Under the pieces are notes generated by a model. The model ran no database searches, was not told where the DNA came from, and worked only from the letters and a program-made list of their open reading frames with translations. Below are positions 11,985 through 25,300 of a stretch of DNA of 64,000 nucleotides, piece by piece. The position numbers and the translations under genes are program-made. This DNA comes from Neoechinorhynchus agilis (Eukaryota > Animalia > Acanthocephala): assembly GCA_051530055.1 (NCBI GenBank), contig CM121341.1, positions 12,068,784 to 12,132,783 on the forward strand. Reading direction: 5' to 3'. Position 1 is the stretch's first letter; each line of letters opens with the position of its first letter.

Positions 11985-14050
11985 AGGTGGCGAAACGTTC
12001 TCTCTCTCGTCAATCGTCAACGTTCTCTCTCCCGTCAATCGTCAACGTTCAACGTTCTCTCTCGTCAATCGTCAAAGTTCAACGTTCTCTCTCGTCCGTC
12101 ATAAACACTTGCAATCAATGTCGAGGCCAAAGCGCTCAACCACCAAGCTCGTCCCCTGTGACATGAACGATTGTCCGGTTAAAACTCAAATATTTGTCAC
12201 AAATACTTGGGCAGCAGGCAGGAAATTTATTTGCGGTTTCTGTACTGCCGCCTTGCTCAAACCGTGTTCTCCGGTTTCCCTCCCCCTTTCCCAATAAGTA
12301 CTCAAACACTAACCACTTCCAAACCCCTAATTCCCAACCCCTTCCATCTTCAGTTTCCCCAACCCAAACCTCCTCTTCTCTCTCGCTTCACTCTTTAAAT
12401 ACTGTCCACCCACCCTTAGCTGTCGGCGCCCTCCAAGACTCCTCTCCACACTCAAATTCAACTTGTCTTCAACAATCTTCTTCCTTCCTTAATTCCGTTC
12501 CCATAATCTCGCATACCCCTCTTCCCTCGTCCCTGCATTCTAAGTCTCACTCTGCTCCGCCATTAAAACCGAACCCCCTTCCTCCTCGGCCTCATCTAAA
12601 TCTTCCACCTCCTCTCTAGCATCCCGTACTGCTAGAAAAAACCATAAACCCCTCCCATCCTTCTACGATTACGCTTCAACGTTAGCCCCATCAAAACCTA
12701 CCACCTTCTCTTCTGTACCTCGATTTTCCAGTAAAAAGCACACACCCCTACCATCCTTCAACGACTACGTTAAGCATCACTCGCCTCGTAAATTAACTCC
12801 TCCTAAATCCTCTCATCCTTGCCTCCACTCATCTCTCATCTGCCTAAAACCACTAATCCGCACCCTACGAAATCTGGAAATTTTCGCTTCGCCCCTCAGG
12901 AGCGAAAAATACCTTGGACGCTCACACTACCTCACCTCTTACCACCACCTCTTCAACTCCCAATATCCTCTTCCCCCGAGTTCATCCCGCATGCACAGTT
13001 TCCACCCTTATGGTCCCTACACTCAAATCACCCCTTACTACAGTGTCTACCAACGAATCCATAACCCCCTAACAATCCCATCGGTCAAGCCCCATCCCTT
13101 CTCTTCCTGCGCAGCTTCAACCCTCTCCGTCAGTGTCCACCCCTCATGTCCCTTCTAAACATCCCTTTCCAATAATCTTTTATTCTAACTGTTATATAGT
13201 GAGCGATGGTGACACGCACTGCGCGTCCGATCGATAATGACCAAACGATGTTTGGGGGTGTGTGCGTTTGTTTTTTTGCAGTTGGTCAGGTTTTGAAAAA
13301 ACGTTAATAAAACTTATCATGAAGAGTGAAGATACTTCACTAACATCCGCAGCTTCCTCCCCAAACTGGATGAGCTCCATATAGTTGCCTCTTCTTGCAA
13401 CGCCGACATCATTGTAATTACGGAAACATGGCTCTCACCCCATAGCAAATTATCTGCCTTCCTTCCAAACTTTCAAGCTTTTCACCTCACAAGAGACTTC
13501 CGAAACAGGGGAGGCATATCGATCTTCATCCGCGCCTCTCTCCCTTACGAGTGCTCTTCACCCTACCTTTTCATCACCGGCGATCTTGAATGGCTTCACA
13601 TCCAACTTCATCTCCCCCTCCGCAATGACCAACGTGAGATCTCTATCGCTGGCCTTTATCGCCCTCCTTCTTCAAACATCCCCAACACACTTTAACAAAT
13701 AGACCACCTATTTACTGACCTACTTTCCACTTCCTCAAATCACTTCATCATATTGGGCGATTTTAACAAACTGCCGATCCCGCCCTCCCTCTCTCATCTT
13801 TCCCAACTCGTTACTTTCCCAACACGATTCTCCTCCCGCCTTGATAAAATTTTCTCAAATATCAGGCAATACTCGTGCACTACCAAACCCCCCCGATCGC
13901 CTCGTATGACCATTGTTCCATCCTTCTCTCCCCCATCATCACCTCAAAAACGTTCCTTTTCCGACCCCTACGTTGTCTGGGATAAATGTGATCATCATAC
14001 CCAATCCTTTGCTGTATGTGTCAATTCTCTTATCACGCAAAACTGCTCTA
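11985..14050 (+). mobile_element. LINE 5' portion: tandem 5'UTR repeats, ORF1-like start, APE endonuclease pseudogene
   Basis: About 4 copies of ACGTTCTCTCTCGTCAATCGTCA at 11995-12100; Cys-rich ORF from ATG 12119; NIRSFLPKLDEL...DIIVITETWL; ILGDFN; LDKIFSN. Confidence 0.8.
13190..13339 (+). mobile_element. 150-bp solo LTR inserted in the LINE endonuclease
   Basis: TG...CA termini (TGTTATATAG...TACTTCA), exact 5-bp TSD CTAAC (13185-13189 and 13340-13344), internal AATAAA. Removing it restores IFYSN-IRSFLPK. Confidence 0.8.
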
Positions 14051-14199
14051 CCATCTTTGGCACTGACCCCTTGATTGCAGTGGGCTCTTTCATTCAATTT
14101 TAGACAATCCCTTTCTTGTCCGGCTTATTTATTTAGGCATAAAGCCAAACTAATTACATCAGAGAAGTGATATAACCACATAGTCTCTAATGCACGGTT

Positions 14200-14379
14200 A
14201 AGAGTTTGTACATTCCTCCGGATCCTCAGATACCTCCAGGAGGCGGGACTCATCAGTGAGTTTCCTCCCTTCAGCGGTATTTCGTCCCCTTTGGCTGTGC
14301 GTCATTAGTGGTAACGGATTCGAACCACTTGACCCCTAATCGGGATCATGGGCATTAGTCCACTTGACCACCTCGACAC
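14200..14379 (-). mobile_element. tRNA-derived SINE carrying a scrambled-order hammerhead ribozyme
   Basis: Box A (TGGTCAAGTGG) and box B (GGTTCGAATCC), then GGGAC-GAAA-TACC ... CTCA-CTGATGA-GTCCC ... GGTA-TC-TGAG. Confidence 0.8.
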
Positions 14380-14559
14380 AACTACGAAATGTCAAAATCA
14401 GCCAGTTCATCGGCTCAGGGATAGCGCCGTGTTCTATATTTTTAAGTTTCACTGGCAAGCCGGTATGTTATGATCATTCAATTTTAGACAATCCCTTTCT
14501 TGTCCGGCTTATTTATTTAGGCATAAAGCCAAACCAATTACATCAGAGAAGTGATATAA

Positions 14560-14690
14560 CCGTTCTTGGCGCAAAAAATAAGCATTGCGGTGCAGCGGGG
14601 CAATGCGGCTAGCATTTTGGCCAGCGCCGATGAATGGGAGCGTTGATGAAACTATAAATTATGTATGTTCGAAAAAAATGTTTTGTTAAA
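14560..14690 (+). mobile_element. CRE-type (RLE) non-LTR retrotransposon 3' fragment
   Basis: LAQKISIAVQRGNAASIL C-terminal motif. Confidence 0.75.
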
Positions 14691-14705
14691 AAAAAGTTTG
14701 AATCT

Positions 14706-14954
14706 TTAAAAAGCAATGTCAATATTATCAAAAGCTTTAGAAATATCGAAGGCGATAAGAATGTTTGTTGACTTGGGGTGACTAAGAAGGTTATCTATTA
14801 TTTGAGCAATCGCAGTATGAACAGATTTCTCTGAGAGGAAACCATGGCAGCCCTCATCAATAAGGTGATGTTTAAAAGAAAAATCCATTATAATTTTGGC
14901 CAGAACTCGCTCGTATATGGAAACAAACGAATTCTGAATGGAGATAGGTCTCAC
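14706..14954 (-). pseudogene. Non-LTR RT core fragment
   Basis: RPISIQNSFVSIYERV...HGFLSEKS...AFDISKAFDNI. Confidence 0.85.
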
Positions 14955-16949
14955 ATCACTAGGTGAAGAAACAGCCCTGCCTTTTTTTACAGAGAAATAT
15001 TCTCTTCGCTATGTTTATCTGAGACCATTCATCAGGGGACGCTGCCAACATGTGCTCAGCTAAGGAAGTGATAGTTGATTGATTGAGAACGTTGGTGGCT
15101 TTGAAACAGGAGGGAGAACCATTGTTGGATGTAAGATTTCTTGAACCCCGCCAAATGATAAAATCATTCCGGCGTAAATCAAAACGACGAGGCTTAATTT
15201 GAATAAAATTATTGAAGACCGGGACATTACTTGCTCCGTTGCAATGTTCAATGCAAAGAGCGCTAATAACATTACCCCACCCCATGCAACCAAGGAGAGG
15301 AATAATGCATAAAATGGCTAATTCGCTTACTGTCGCAAGCTATTTGAAATCGAGTTCTACAGGGCCAGTATAAAGAGGACCAAAACTTAATCGACTCCCG
15401 ATCATCGATTGCCTTAGCCATAAAAAGTTGTCTGCCATACAGGGATAGTACTTTTGGTTTCTGTATTTTCGACCCGATACTTCTCGTGACCGTTGTCAAA
15501 TCGGGTCACTAGCTGTGACCACAAATTAATTTAAGTCCTTGAGCTGTTCAAAAGCGCCAAAAGTGAAAGCAAAATTTATGGCAGCGTTAAAGTTGTTGAT
15601 GTTTGCACGAAGTATTAAAAGCTACTAAGACGAAAGTTTCGAATTCCGTGCAAATTATTGCGCACGCTGTTTAAAATGGTTTAAGCGACCTTATTTAAGC
15701 ATTATGACCGAAGGAAAATCTTCTGTACCTTTCAAAAGGATAAATGACGACAATTAAAAATCTCACAATTGGAATTTTTAAAAGATGGTAATAAACTTTT
15801 ATTAAAGTTGCACTCTGCACTTTTGAAATTTTGCAAATTAATCAACACCTTAAATTTTTTCTAATAATTCTGAACTTCAAACTTAGTCCGTTGAGAAATA
15901 AGGTTACTAAATAATGATTAATTTTTACAAAACACCAACTGGTGTTAGAGGGGCGATTTCGGAATAAAATATTCACATTCATAAACGCTTGAGATATTTG
16001 TCTCTATCTATTTTTATCTCGCTCCTTCAAAATATATTAACTGCGACAGGTTTATTACCGGTGTTCGGTAAAGCTTTGACGCCGGAAACTATTAGCTGCT
16101 ACAGATTATTCAATTCTTTTCGTGGCGCAGCGTCGAAATGAGCGAAACTGTCGTCGGAGGCAACGAAAGCGTCAGTCGAAGCCCATCACCGTGGTGGGTA
16201 CGGACTGTTCATGTGGCGCTGACAGCCATGAGCCCTTTGGTCCAGCTATTTCAGATAAGAGGACTACGAACGCAGGTAGATAGGATTATGCTATGCAATA
16301 TTTATATAGCTCCCCGAAAGGTGTCTTGGTTTAAAAAGAATAAAGAAAGATGGTTGACTGAATGGCAGCCTGATATTATTTTAGGAGATTTGAATTCTAA
16401 TGGGATGTCTTCTTTTTCGCATTAGAATACAGTATATGATTTTCAACCCTTCGTTTCATAATTATACGAAACAAGCTCACACGTTTTTAGATGTGATGCT
16501 TACTAAAAAAACCTTAGATCTATCGGTAACGACGAAGGGTCAATTTTTTAACAGCTCGGGGGCTGGATTAAAGACTTTACTTTGCAAATATTTTTTAAAT
16601 AAAATGTCTTTTGTATATTTTAGACCTCTGATTTTATGATTCGCATTATATCCGTGAAAACAATTAAATCCATCTAAATATTCCACCGTTATGACATTTT
16701 CAAAAAAATCATAAAAAGTAATCATTTGGCATATAAAAAAACAGGCGATGTAAAGAAATTATTCATTAAAGTTTCAGTTTCAATTAGCGATGTTTGATAA
16801 GCACTTGACTGAAGAAGGCCAACGAAAGGGCGGAAAAGCTTCAATATAAATCTTTTTCTGAATCAAACATCGCTAATTGAAACAGAAAAAAAGGGTTTCA
16901 ATAGTTTTTACATTTTGCAATCACGTTATTTATCATCAATACAAATTTC

Positions 16950-17640
16950 TCTTCACGTTTATTGACAATACAAAGAAACATTTAGGAGGACCATGTACCT
17001 TTGGGTCCTCATAAACAGTCGAGTTCTGATTGGAAAATGAAACTGGCTATTGATTTTGGAGTGAATTGCGAGTCCGGGCGGGTGGCAATATCCTGTCGGG
17101 TTGGCAGGTCCGTTCTGGTAGTAGTTCGTGTTTATTTCTTGCAGGAGCGCTTGTAGAGTTGGTCTTTCCTCTGGTTCATTTCTGGTCATGATATCCGAGA
17201 AGATCGAGCATTGTTGAAAAAGGAGCGATGACACAAGGAGGTGCGAGGTATAGCAGGATGAAATGAATTTGGATTACGAGTGTTGGGCTCGTGTCAAAAG
17301 GGAGCGACATGTGGAAGAAATTGTGATGGTAAGGTTGAGAGGCGTTTTGATTGTTTAATGAAAATTGCATCAAGGCATTCGGTGAGAAGGGGAAACTAAG
17401 TTGTGCAAATTTTAGATGCTCTTTTGTAAAGAATTTCAAGACGGCGGATTAGCGATTGGGAAAGATTGCATAATAAGAGGTAACCGCAGGTGAGGGATGG
17501 TAAGATAATGCAGAAGTAAAATTCGTAGAGGTCGGGTTAATTGATTAATAAATGTCGGAGGCGTTTGAGGAGATAAATTTTAAAAGTGTTGTGCTTGAGG
17601 GAGAGAGTGGTGTGCGAGTTCCCTTGGTCAGCGATAATAA
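16950..17640 (-). mobile_element. LINE 3' fragment inside the foldback element
   Basis: Homologous to 3140-3780. Confidence 0.75.
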
Positions 17641-18154
17641 ATAATTATATTGTCCAATTAAATCATTGTAATTTCACGTTCATCAATCAGCAACGGACAA
17701 AACACAGAAAATCCGAAGAATATCCCGTGAACGGACAAAAAAAATCAATATTGATTTTTCTGAATCGAATCAAGCATCCAGTGGATCAGTTTGAAGGCAT
17801 AAAATATCGTTTTAGTACCGCATTGTTGTTTGATTGACGCAAGTGGCCTTAGCCGGAAACTTGAAGAACCGGCATCAATCACGAGAACATTCTTGATTAT
17901 TTGGAAGTTAAAAATAACTTTCAGACCTACGATTTTAACCTTTTTTATGAGCAGTGTAAAGTTAAATCCTGCGCCACGAAAAGAATTGAATAATCTGTAG
18001 CAGCTAATAGTTTCCGGCGTCAAAGCTTTATCGAACACGGGTAATAAACCTGTCGCAGTTAATATATTTTGAAGGAAACAAGACTAAGGACTCTGCAAGA
18101 TAAAAATAGAGAGCCTCTAAAGGCAAATATCTCAAGCGTTTATGAATGTGAATA

Positions 18155-20356
18155 CAGTGGATTCCGCTTAATTGGGACACCGCTTAATCGGGACAGCCGC
18201 TTATTTGGGACAAATCTCAAAGAACGAAAACCAAACCAAGAAACCAATAGTAAATTTGTATATTTAATTGGGACAACATTCCACTTAATTTGGACAGTAA
18301 ATTTAAGATTTTAGTACAGTAGAGTATCTATTAACTGATTTTGTTTTTACTGAGTTTTGGTTTAACCGAGCCGCTGCAGCGGAAAAACAAACACAACCCC
18401 CTCCTAAATCCCGGGAAAGCCAGAAAGACGGCTTCTTTCTGAACCCGACTCCCGCCTTTTATAAAGCCGTGGCGGCCTCATATCCACATTTGCAATCTTT
18501 TACATCCGAGCCGGTGCAGCGGACATTCGATTATCAATCACCTCCCGCGTGAACAACGCGTGAAGCTATTTTTTGTCAATTGTATTTTTAAAAAAATTTA
18601 CCCTTTCTAAAATGCCAAGGAACGATTTGTCACTTAGCAATAAAATTGCCTTGCTTGATAAAATAAAAAGCCAGCCGCTTAATACCAGTTATCGTCGGCT
18701 CGCTGAGATAACTGGTGTACCAATTCGAATTACAAGAAGGACAGGCAGGGACACCCAAAAGAAAACGTGAGGGGAAGGATCCAGACGTTGAAGAAGCACT
18801 GGATCAATGGTTTTCTATTGTTAGTGGCAGAGGCGTAAATATGAACGGTCCAATATTGAAGGCGAAGTCAGAGGAGTTCGCTAAAAAACTGGGCCGCAAC
18901 GATTTCAAAGCAACTGATGGTTGGTTATCGCGATGGAAAGCAAGGCACGATATTAAATTTAAAAAAGCGCACGGTGAAAAGACCAGTGCCGACAAAGAAA
19001 GTTCGGAACAGTGGAAGATTACAAAAATTCCTACCTTTTTAAAGAATTTTTGTGCTGATGACATTTACAATGCTGATGAAAATGGCTTCTATTACCGTGC
19101 TACGTCAGACGGTTCCTTACGCTATAAACATATTGCACTGTCTGGTTATAAAAAGGAGATGGACCGCATTACTGTGTTATGCTGCGCAAATATGTCAGGT
19201 ACTGACAAACGAAAGTGCCAGACCTCGATGCTTTAAGGGGTTAAGAGTGGAGGGATTACCAGTGTAGTACTATGCAAACAAAAATGCGTGGATGACTTCT
19301 GATATTTTTCGAAATTCGCTGACCAGTTGGGACAAAAATTTACAACTTAAACAAAGAAAAATTTTGCTGACTGTTGACAATTGTGTCGCACACCCTCATT
19401 TAGACAATCTACGAAATATACATCCGGAATTTCTTCCTCCTAACACCACATGCTTAGTGCAACCAATGGACATGGGTGTAATCAAAAATTTGAAGACTTT
19501 CTATCGTGGAAAATTGGTTAATTTCATATTAGAATCCATTGATGAAAACCTATTAACAAGTTCCACAACAGCCAGAAAGAGTAGTTCCCAAATTAACCTT
19601 TTGCAAGCAATACAGTTTGTCGCTGACAGTTGACGAGCTATAAAAGCCACCAATATACAGAACTGTTTTGCTAATTGCGGCTTTAAACCTTTGGATATTT
19701 TAGAAATTTTTAACAATGAAGAAAATGAGGATATGTTACCAGTTCCTGTTATTAACTCAAGAATTTTTAGCTATAGATAACAATTTACCATGCTACGATG
19801 AAAATGAGGACTGTGAGGATTCAATTGTAGAAAGTATTAAATCTAAACATGAAAAATTAGACGAAGATGAAGACGATTATGATGAATCACCTGTGCCAGT
19901 GACTAACCAGGAGGCAAAAAAGTGTATGGCCGTGTTACAAAGTTATTTTATGCAGGAAGGAAATGAAGGAAGCCCTACATCTGCACTGAACATCTGTGCT
20001 GATTTTGTAGAAGCCAACTGTCACAAAAACAAAAGACAAACTACACTTGACTCATTTTTCCATTGAATTAGTATGTATCTACCAATTAAATATTTTATTA
20101 ACGATTTTTTTAGTTTTATAATACATACATATTCATAATATATTATGTACCTATATATAAAGTTTTCAAGAGTTTATAAAATAAAATTATTGAAAAATAT
20201 GCATTGTTTAATTTTGTGTGTTACTGGTTAATGACCTTGTTCCCAAAACCAATCAAATTAATTTCTTTAAAAGTGAACTTCGCTTAATCGGGACAGACGC
20301 TTAATTGGGACAAAAAGCCTCGGTCCCGATGTGACCCAATTAAGCGGAATCGACTG
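18155..20356 (+). mobile_element. Full-length pogo/Tigger DNA transposon with a frameshifted transposase
   Basis: 22-bp TIRs CAGT(G/C)GATTCCGCTTAATTGGG and TA TSD. CENP-B HTH (LDQWF...GWLSRWKARH) and DDE motifs DENG, TVDNC and PMDMGVI lie in three frames. Confidence 0.95.
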
Positions 20357-20899
20357 TATTTTATTCCGAAATCATCCTTCTAACACCAGTTGGTGTTTTG
20401 TAAAAATTAATCATTGTTTAGTAACCTTATTTCTCAACGGACTAAGTTTGAAGTTCAGAATTATTAGAAACAATTTAAGGTGTTGACTAATTTGCTAAAT
20501 TTCAAAAATGTAGGGTCCAACTTTAATAAAAATGTATTACCACCTTTCAAAAATTCTAATTGTGAGATGTTTAATTGTCGTCATTTATCCTTTGGAAAGG
20601 TACAGAAGATTTTCCTTCGGTCATAATGCATAAATAAAGTCGCTTAAACTATTTTAAGCAGCGCGCGTAATAATTTGCACGGAATTCGAAACTTTCGTCT
20701 TAGTAACTTTTAATACTTCTTACAATATAGTTGCCTCCCTTAGTTAACTCGATCTAATCTCTATAAATCAGATTATCGTTTGGCATTCATCGGAGGAGCT
20801 TAATCGACGATATATAATCAGTATTCTCGAATTGAAGCATGATTGTTTCTATGCACTGGATTCCGATGATTCAAACCAAAGGACATCGCACTAGTTCGA

Positions 20900-21080
20900 A
20901 TGTTACGAAAACATTGAAAAGATATCCAATTTAAGATGCGAGTTCAGCAAAGACTCAGAGTGCTGCGTGTGCTTGGAAACCTACTGATTCGGAGCAATTC
21001 GTTTTTTGCAATTTTGAACTGTTTCGGGCGTTGTCTATGCGAACGCGGATAAATATACTTCCCAATTTGCCGGTGAATCC
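20900..21080 (+). pseudogene. Decayed RING-finger coding fragment
   Basis: ECCVCLETY*...CFGRC...FPICR across frames, with stops. Confidence 0.4.
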
Positions 21081-21759
21081 CGGATTCTATTTTCGACAGT
21101 ATTTTGTGGCCCTCAAAAGAGAATGAACGATCGGCTTTAATAAAGGTCTTGCATGAAATCGATGTGGCAAATCAAAAAGTTGAAGGTAAAATCAATGCAG
21201 AAGCTTTTTGAGGTGATAAAAGTTGCCATGGATAAAAGTAAATACGTTAAATTGCACTTCGTTCTCTCTATTTCGGGACTGATACAAGGGTCTTTTCTGA
21301 TTTATTATTCACGTCAATGATTGGAACTTTCCTAGTATGAGATTGGTGATTTTGTACAATTAGCCGTGAGCAGTCGAAGAGCAAGGAACAATATATTCAT
21401 TTTTGGAGCCGAGGTTGAAATATGAAGCTAGAGATAACAATGAAGCCTATAATTTGCGCTTAAATTTTTGCATAAATTAACAGAGGCCTTGAAGCATCAA
21501 TTTTTTATGTTTGCATTATTTCCTGATTTACTAGTAAATTAGAAAGACTATTTTTCTTCTGATTAGTGTATAAGTTAAGTAATTGGCGTCTAGTAGCGAA
21601 AAATCATAATTTTTGTCAAATCGGAATCGAAATAAAAAGTTTGAAAACGTCAACGATATTCTGATACCAACTTATGGCAGCGGTTTTCAAAAAATTCAAA
21701 CTTGGATGTTTAAATGTTGAGCAGATAGATGCAGTCTTATCATAAATTTGGGAAGAACA

Positions 21760-22180
21760 TTTGGCACATTGCAGCAAGACCTTAATTTGTCCGCAATAGA
21801 AAACGAATAATTTTAAAGGGTTTATATCTTGGAATCCCTGGAGGTGCAGCCAGTGCAGCGAAAGGGAGGAAGATACGAAAATATAAAGAATTAGCAAGGC
21901 CCACTATTTTGTCCCCTTCGGAGTAGAGACGTGTGGAGCGCCTGGCAGCTCGGCACTTACCCCGCTCTAGGATCTCTCGAAGAAATTGAGAGAAACGACC
22001 GGCGACGCACGAGCAGGTGTATTCCTGCGACAAAATATCTCGCTAGCAGTACAACGGGGCAATGCTGCCAGCGTGATAGTGACAGCCGAGGAAGGAGAGA
22101 TGCTTTAATTCGGCGGACGGTGGTGATTGCACGTTTTGTACTTTATGTTATTTTTTCCCAAAGTTCCACTGCAGTAACCA
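21760..22180 (+). mobile_element. CRE-type RLE domain fragment
   Basis: KIRKYKEL..FVPFGVETCGA...FLRQNISLAVQRGNAASV. Related pieces at 48660-48780 (-) and 52330-52560 (+). Confidence 0.8.
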
Positions 22181-22389
22181 TAAATATCAATTTAAGAACA
22201 TTTCCATTAAATCGTCGCCGAAATTTGCATGCGCTCAATACATGGGCAATCAAAGTCAAAACAGATACGGTATTATACAGGAGGCTTCGATTCTGCATAC
22301 CATTAAGTACGAATTACGATCACAGAGGTTATTGGATGGATGTGATAGATGGAAGATTTATTAAAAGTTCTATTTAACAAGATGTAAAC

Positions 22390-25300
22390 ATGCACGACTA
22401 TCTCGGTCTACGCAACCCTGATCCCTTCCCGAATTTGATTTCTTCTGAACTGAAACATGTTCTAGACTCCATCAATAAAAACTTCTGCCCTCAGTAAAAT
22501 TACAACCATAGCTCCACCTCGGACTTCACTCAAATTATCACTCCCACAACTGGCACTTCTGTCAGCTTTCCAATATTCTCCTTAGTTTCGTTATATGAAG
22601 TCCTCCAACATCTCGAGAAATTACCTCAAAATAGGTCCCTCAATCCGAAATCATCAACTGAACTCCTAGCTGCATCATCCCCGAACTCACAGACTCTCTG
22701 ACCCTAATTATAAATCGCAAGTTTTTATACACCGAATCATCGAAAAGTGTTTTAAATCTCGCCTTCTTCCACTTCTTAGCAATATTTTATCGCCCCTACC
22801 ATTCGGCTTTTCGCACAAATCTTCTGCATCCGATGCCCTACTTTGCATTTTAACACGCTCCTACGCAACCTTGACAATAATCCCTCTCACGTCAACCGTC
22901 ACATTCAACTGGACTATAGTGATCCTCCTTCAAAAAAATGAACATCGGATTTCCACCGAATCATCGAAAAGTGTTTTAAATCTCGCCTTCTTCCACTTAG
23001 CAATATTTTATCGCCCTTACCATTCGGCTTTTCGCACAAATCTTCTGCATCCGATGCCCTACTTTGCATTTTTAACACGCTCCTACGCAACCTTGACAAT
23101 AATCACTCTCACGTCAACCGTCACATTCAACTGGACTATAGTGATCCTTCTTCAAAAAATGAACATCGGATTTCCACCGAATCATCGAAAAGTGTTTTAA
23201 ATCTCGCCTTCTTCAACTTCTTAGCAATATTTTATCGCCCCTACCATTCGGCTTTTCGCACAAATCTTCTGCATCCGATGCCCTACTTTGCATTTTTAAC
23301 ACGCTCCTACGCAAGCTTGACAATAATCCTCTCACGTCAATCACATTCAACTGGACTACTATAGTGATCCTTCTTCAAAAAAATGAACATCGGATTTCCA
23401 CCGAATCATCGAAAAGTGTTTTAAATCTCGCCTTCTTCCACTTCTTAGCAATATTTTATCGCCCCTACCATTCGGCTTTTCGCACAAATTTTCTGCATCG
23501 GATGCCCTGCTTTGCATTTTTAACACGCTCCTACGCAACCTTGACAATAATCCCTCTCACGTCTACCGTCACATTCAGCTGGACTATAGTGATCCTTCTT
23601 CAAAAAAATGAACATCGGATTTCCACCGAATCATCGAAAAGTGTTTTAAATCTCGCCTTCTTCCACTTCTTAGCAATATTTTATCGCCCCTACCATTCGG
23701 CTTTTCGCACAAATCTTCTGCATCCGATGCCCTACTTTGCATTTTTAGCACGCTCCTACGCAACCTTGACAATTATCCCTCTCACGTCAACCGTCACATT
23801 CAAATGGACTATAGTGATCCTTCTTCAAAAAAATGAACATCGGATTTCCACCGAATCATCGAAAAGTGTTTTAAATCTCGCCTTCTTCCACTTCTTAGCA
23901 ATATTTTATCGCCCCTACCATTCGGCTTTTCGCACAAATCTTCTGCATCCGATGCCTTACTCTGCATTTTTAACACGCTCCTACGCAACCTTGACAATAA
24001 TCCCTCTCACGTCAACCGTCACATTCAACTGGACTATTGTGATCCTCCTTTAAAAAAATGAACATCGGATTTCCACCGAATCATCGAAAAGTGTTTTAAA
24101 TATCGCCTTATTCCACTTCTTAGCAATATTTTATCGCCCCTACCATTCGGCTTTTCGCACAAATTTTCTGCATCCGATGCCCTACTTTGCATTTTTAACA
24201 CGCTCCTACGCAACCTTGACAATAATCCCTCTCACGTCAACCGTCACATTCAACTGGACTATATATCCTTCTTCAAAAAAAAACATCGGATTTCCACCGA
24301 ATCATCGAAAAGTGTTTTAAATCTCGGCTCTCTTCCACTTCTTAGCAATATTTTATCGCCCCTACCATTCGGCTTTTCGCACAAATCTTCTGATGCCCTA
24401 CTTTTAACACGCTCCTACGCAACCTTGACAATAATCCCTCTCACGTCAACCGTCACATTCAACTGGACTATAGTGATCCTTCTTCAAAAAAATGAACATC
24501 GGATTTCCACCGAATCATCGAAAAGTGTTTTAAATCTCGCCTTCTTCCACTTGTTAGCAATATTTTTATCGCCCCTACCATTCGGCTTTTCGCACAAATT
24601 TTCTGCATCGGATGCCCTACTTTGCATTTTTAACACGCTCCTACGCAACCTTGACAATAATCCCTCTAACGTCAACCGTCACATTCAACTGGACTATAGT
24701 GATCCTCCTTCAAAAAAATGAACATCGGATTTCCACCGAATCATCGAAAAGTGTTTTAAATCTCGCCTTCTTCCACTTAGCAATATTTTATCGCCCCTAC
24801 CATTCGGCTTTTCGCACAAATCTTCTGCAACCGATGCCCTATTTTGCATTTTTAACACGCTCCTACGCAACCTTGACAATAATCCCCTCTCACGTCAACC
24901 GTCACATTCAACTGGACTATAGTGATCCTTCTTCAAAAATGAACATCGGATTTCCACCGAATCATCGAAAAGTGTTTTAAATCTCGCCTTCTTCCACTTC
25001 TTAGCAATATTTTATCGCCCCTACCATTCGGCTTTTCGCACAAATCTTCTGCATCCGATGCCCTACTTTGCATTTTTAACACGCTCCTACGCAACCTTGA
25101 CAATAATCCGTCTCACGTCAACCGTCACATTCAACTGGACTATAGTGATCCTTCTTCAAAAAAATGAACATCGCATTTCCACCGAATCATCGAAAAGTGT
25201 TTTAAATCTCGCCTTCTTCCACTTCTTAGCAATATTTTATCGCCCCTACCATTCGGCTTTTCGCACAAATTTTCTGCATCCGATGCCCTACTTTTCATTT

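Larger units (their letters stand above)
15610..20720. mobile_element. Foldback-like element with ~520-bp inverted arms enclosing ~1.8 kb of cargo; right arm interrupted by Tigger
   Basis: 15610-16130 is the reverse complement of 17968-18154 joined to 20357-20720. Confidence 0.8.
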
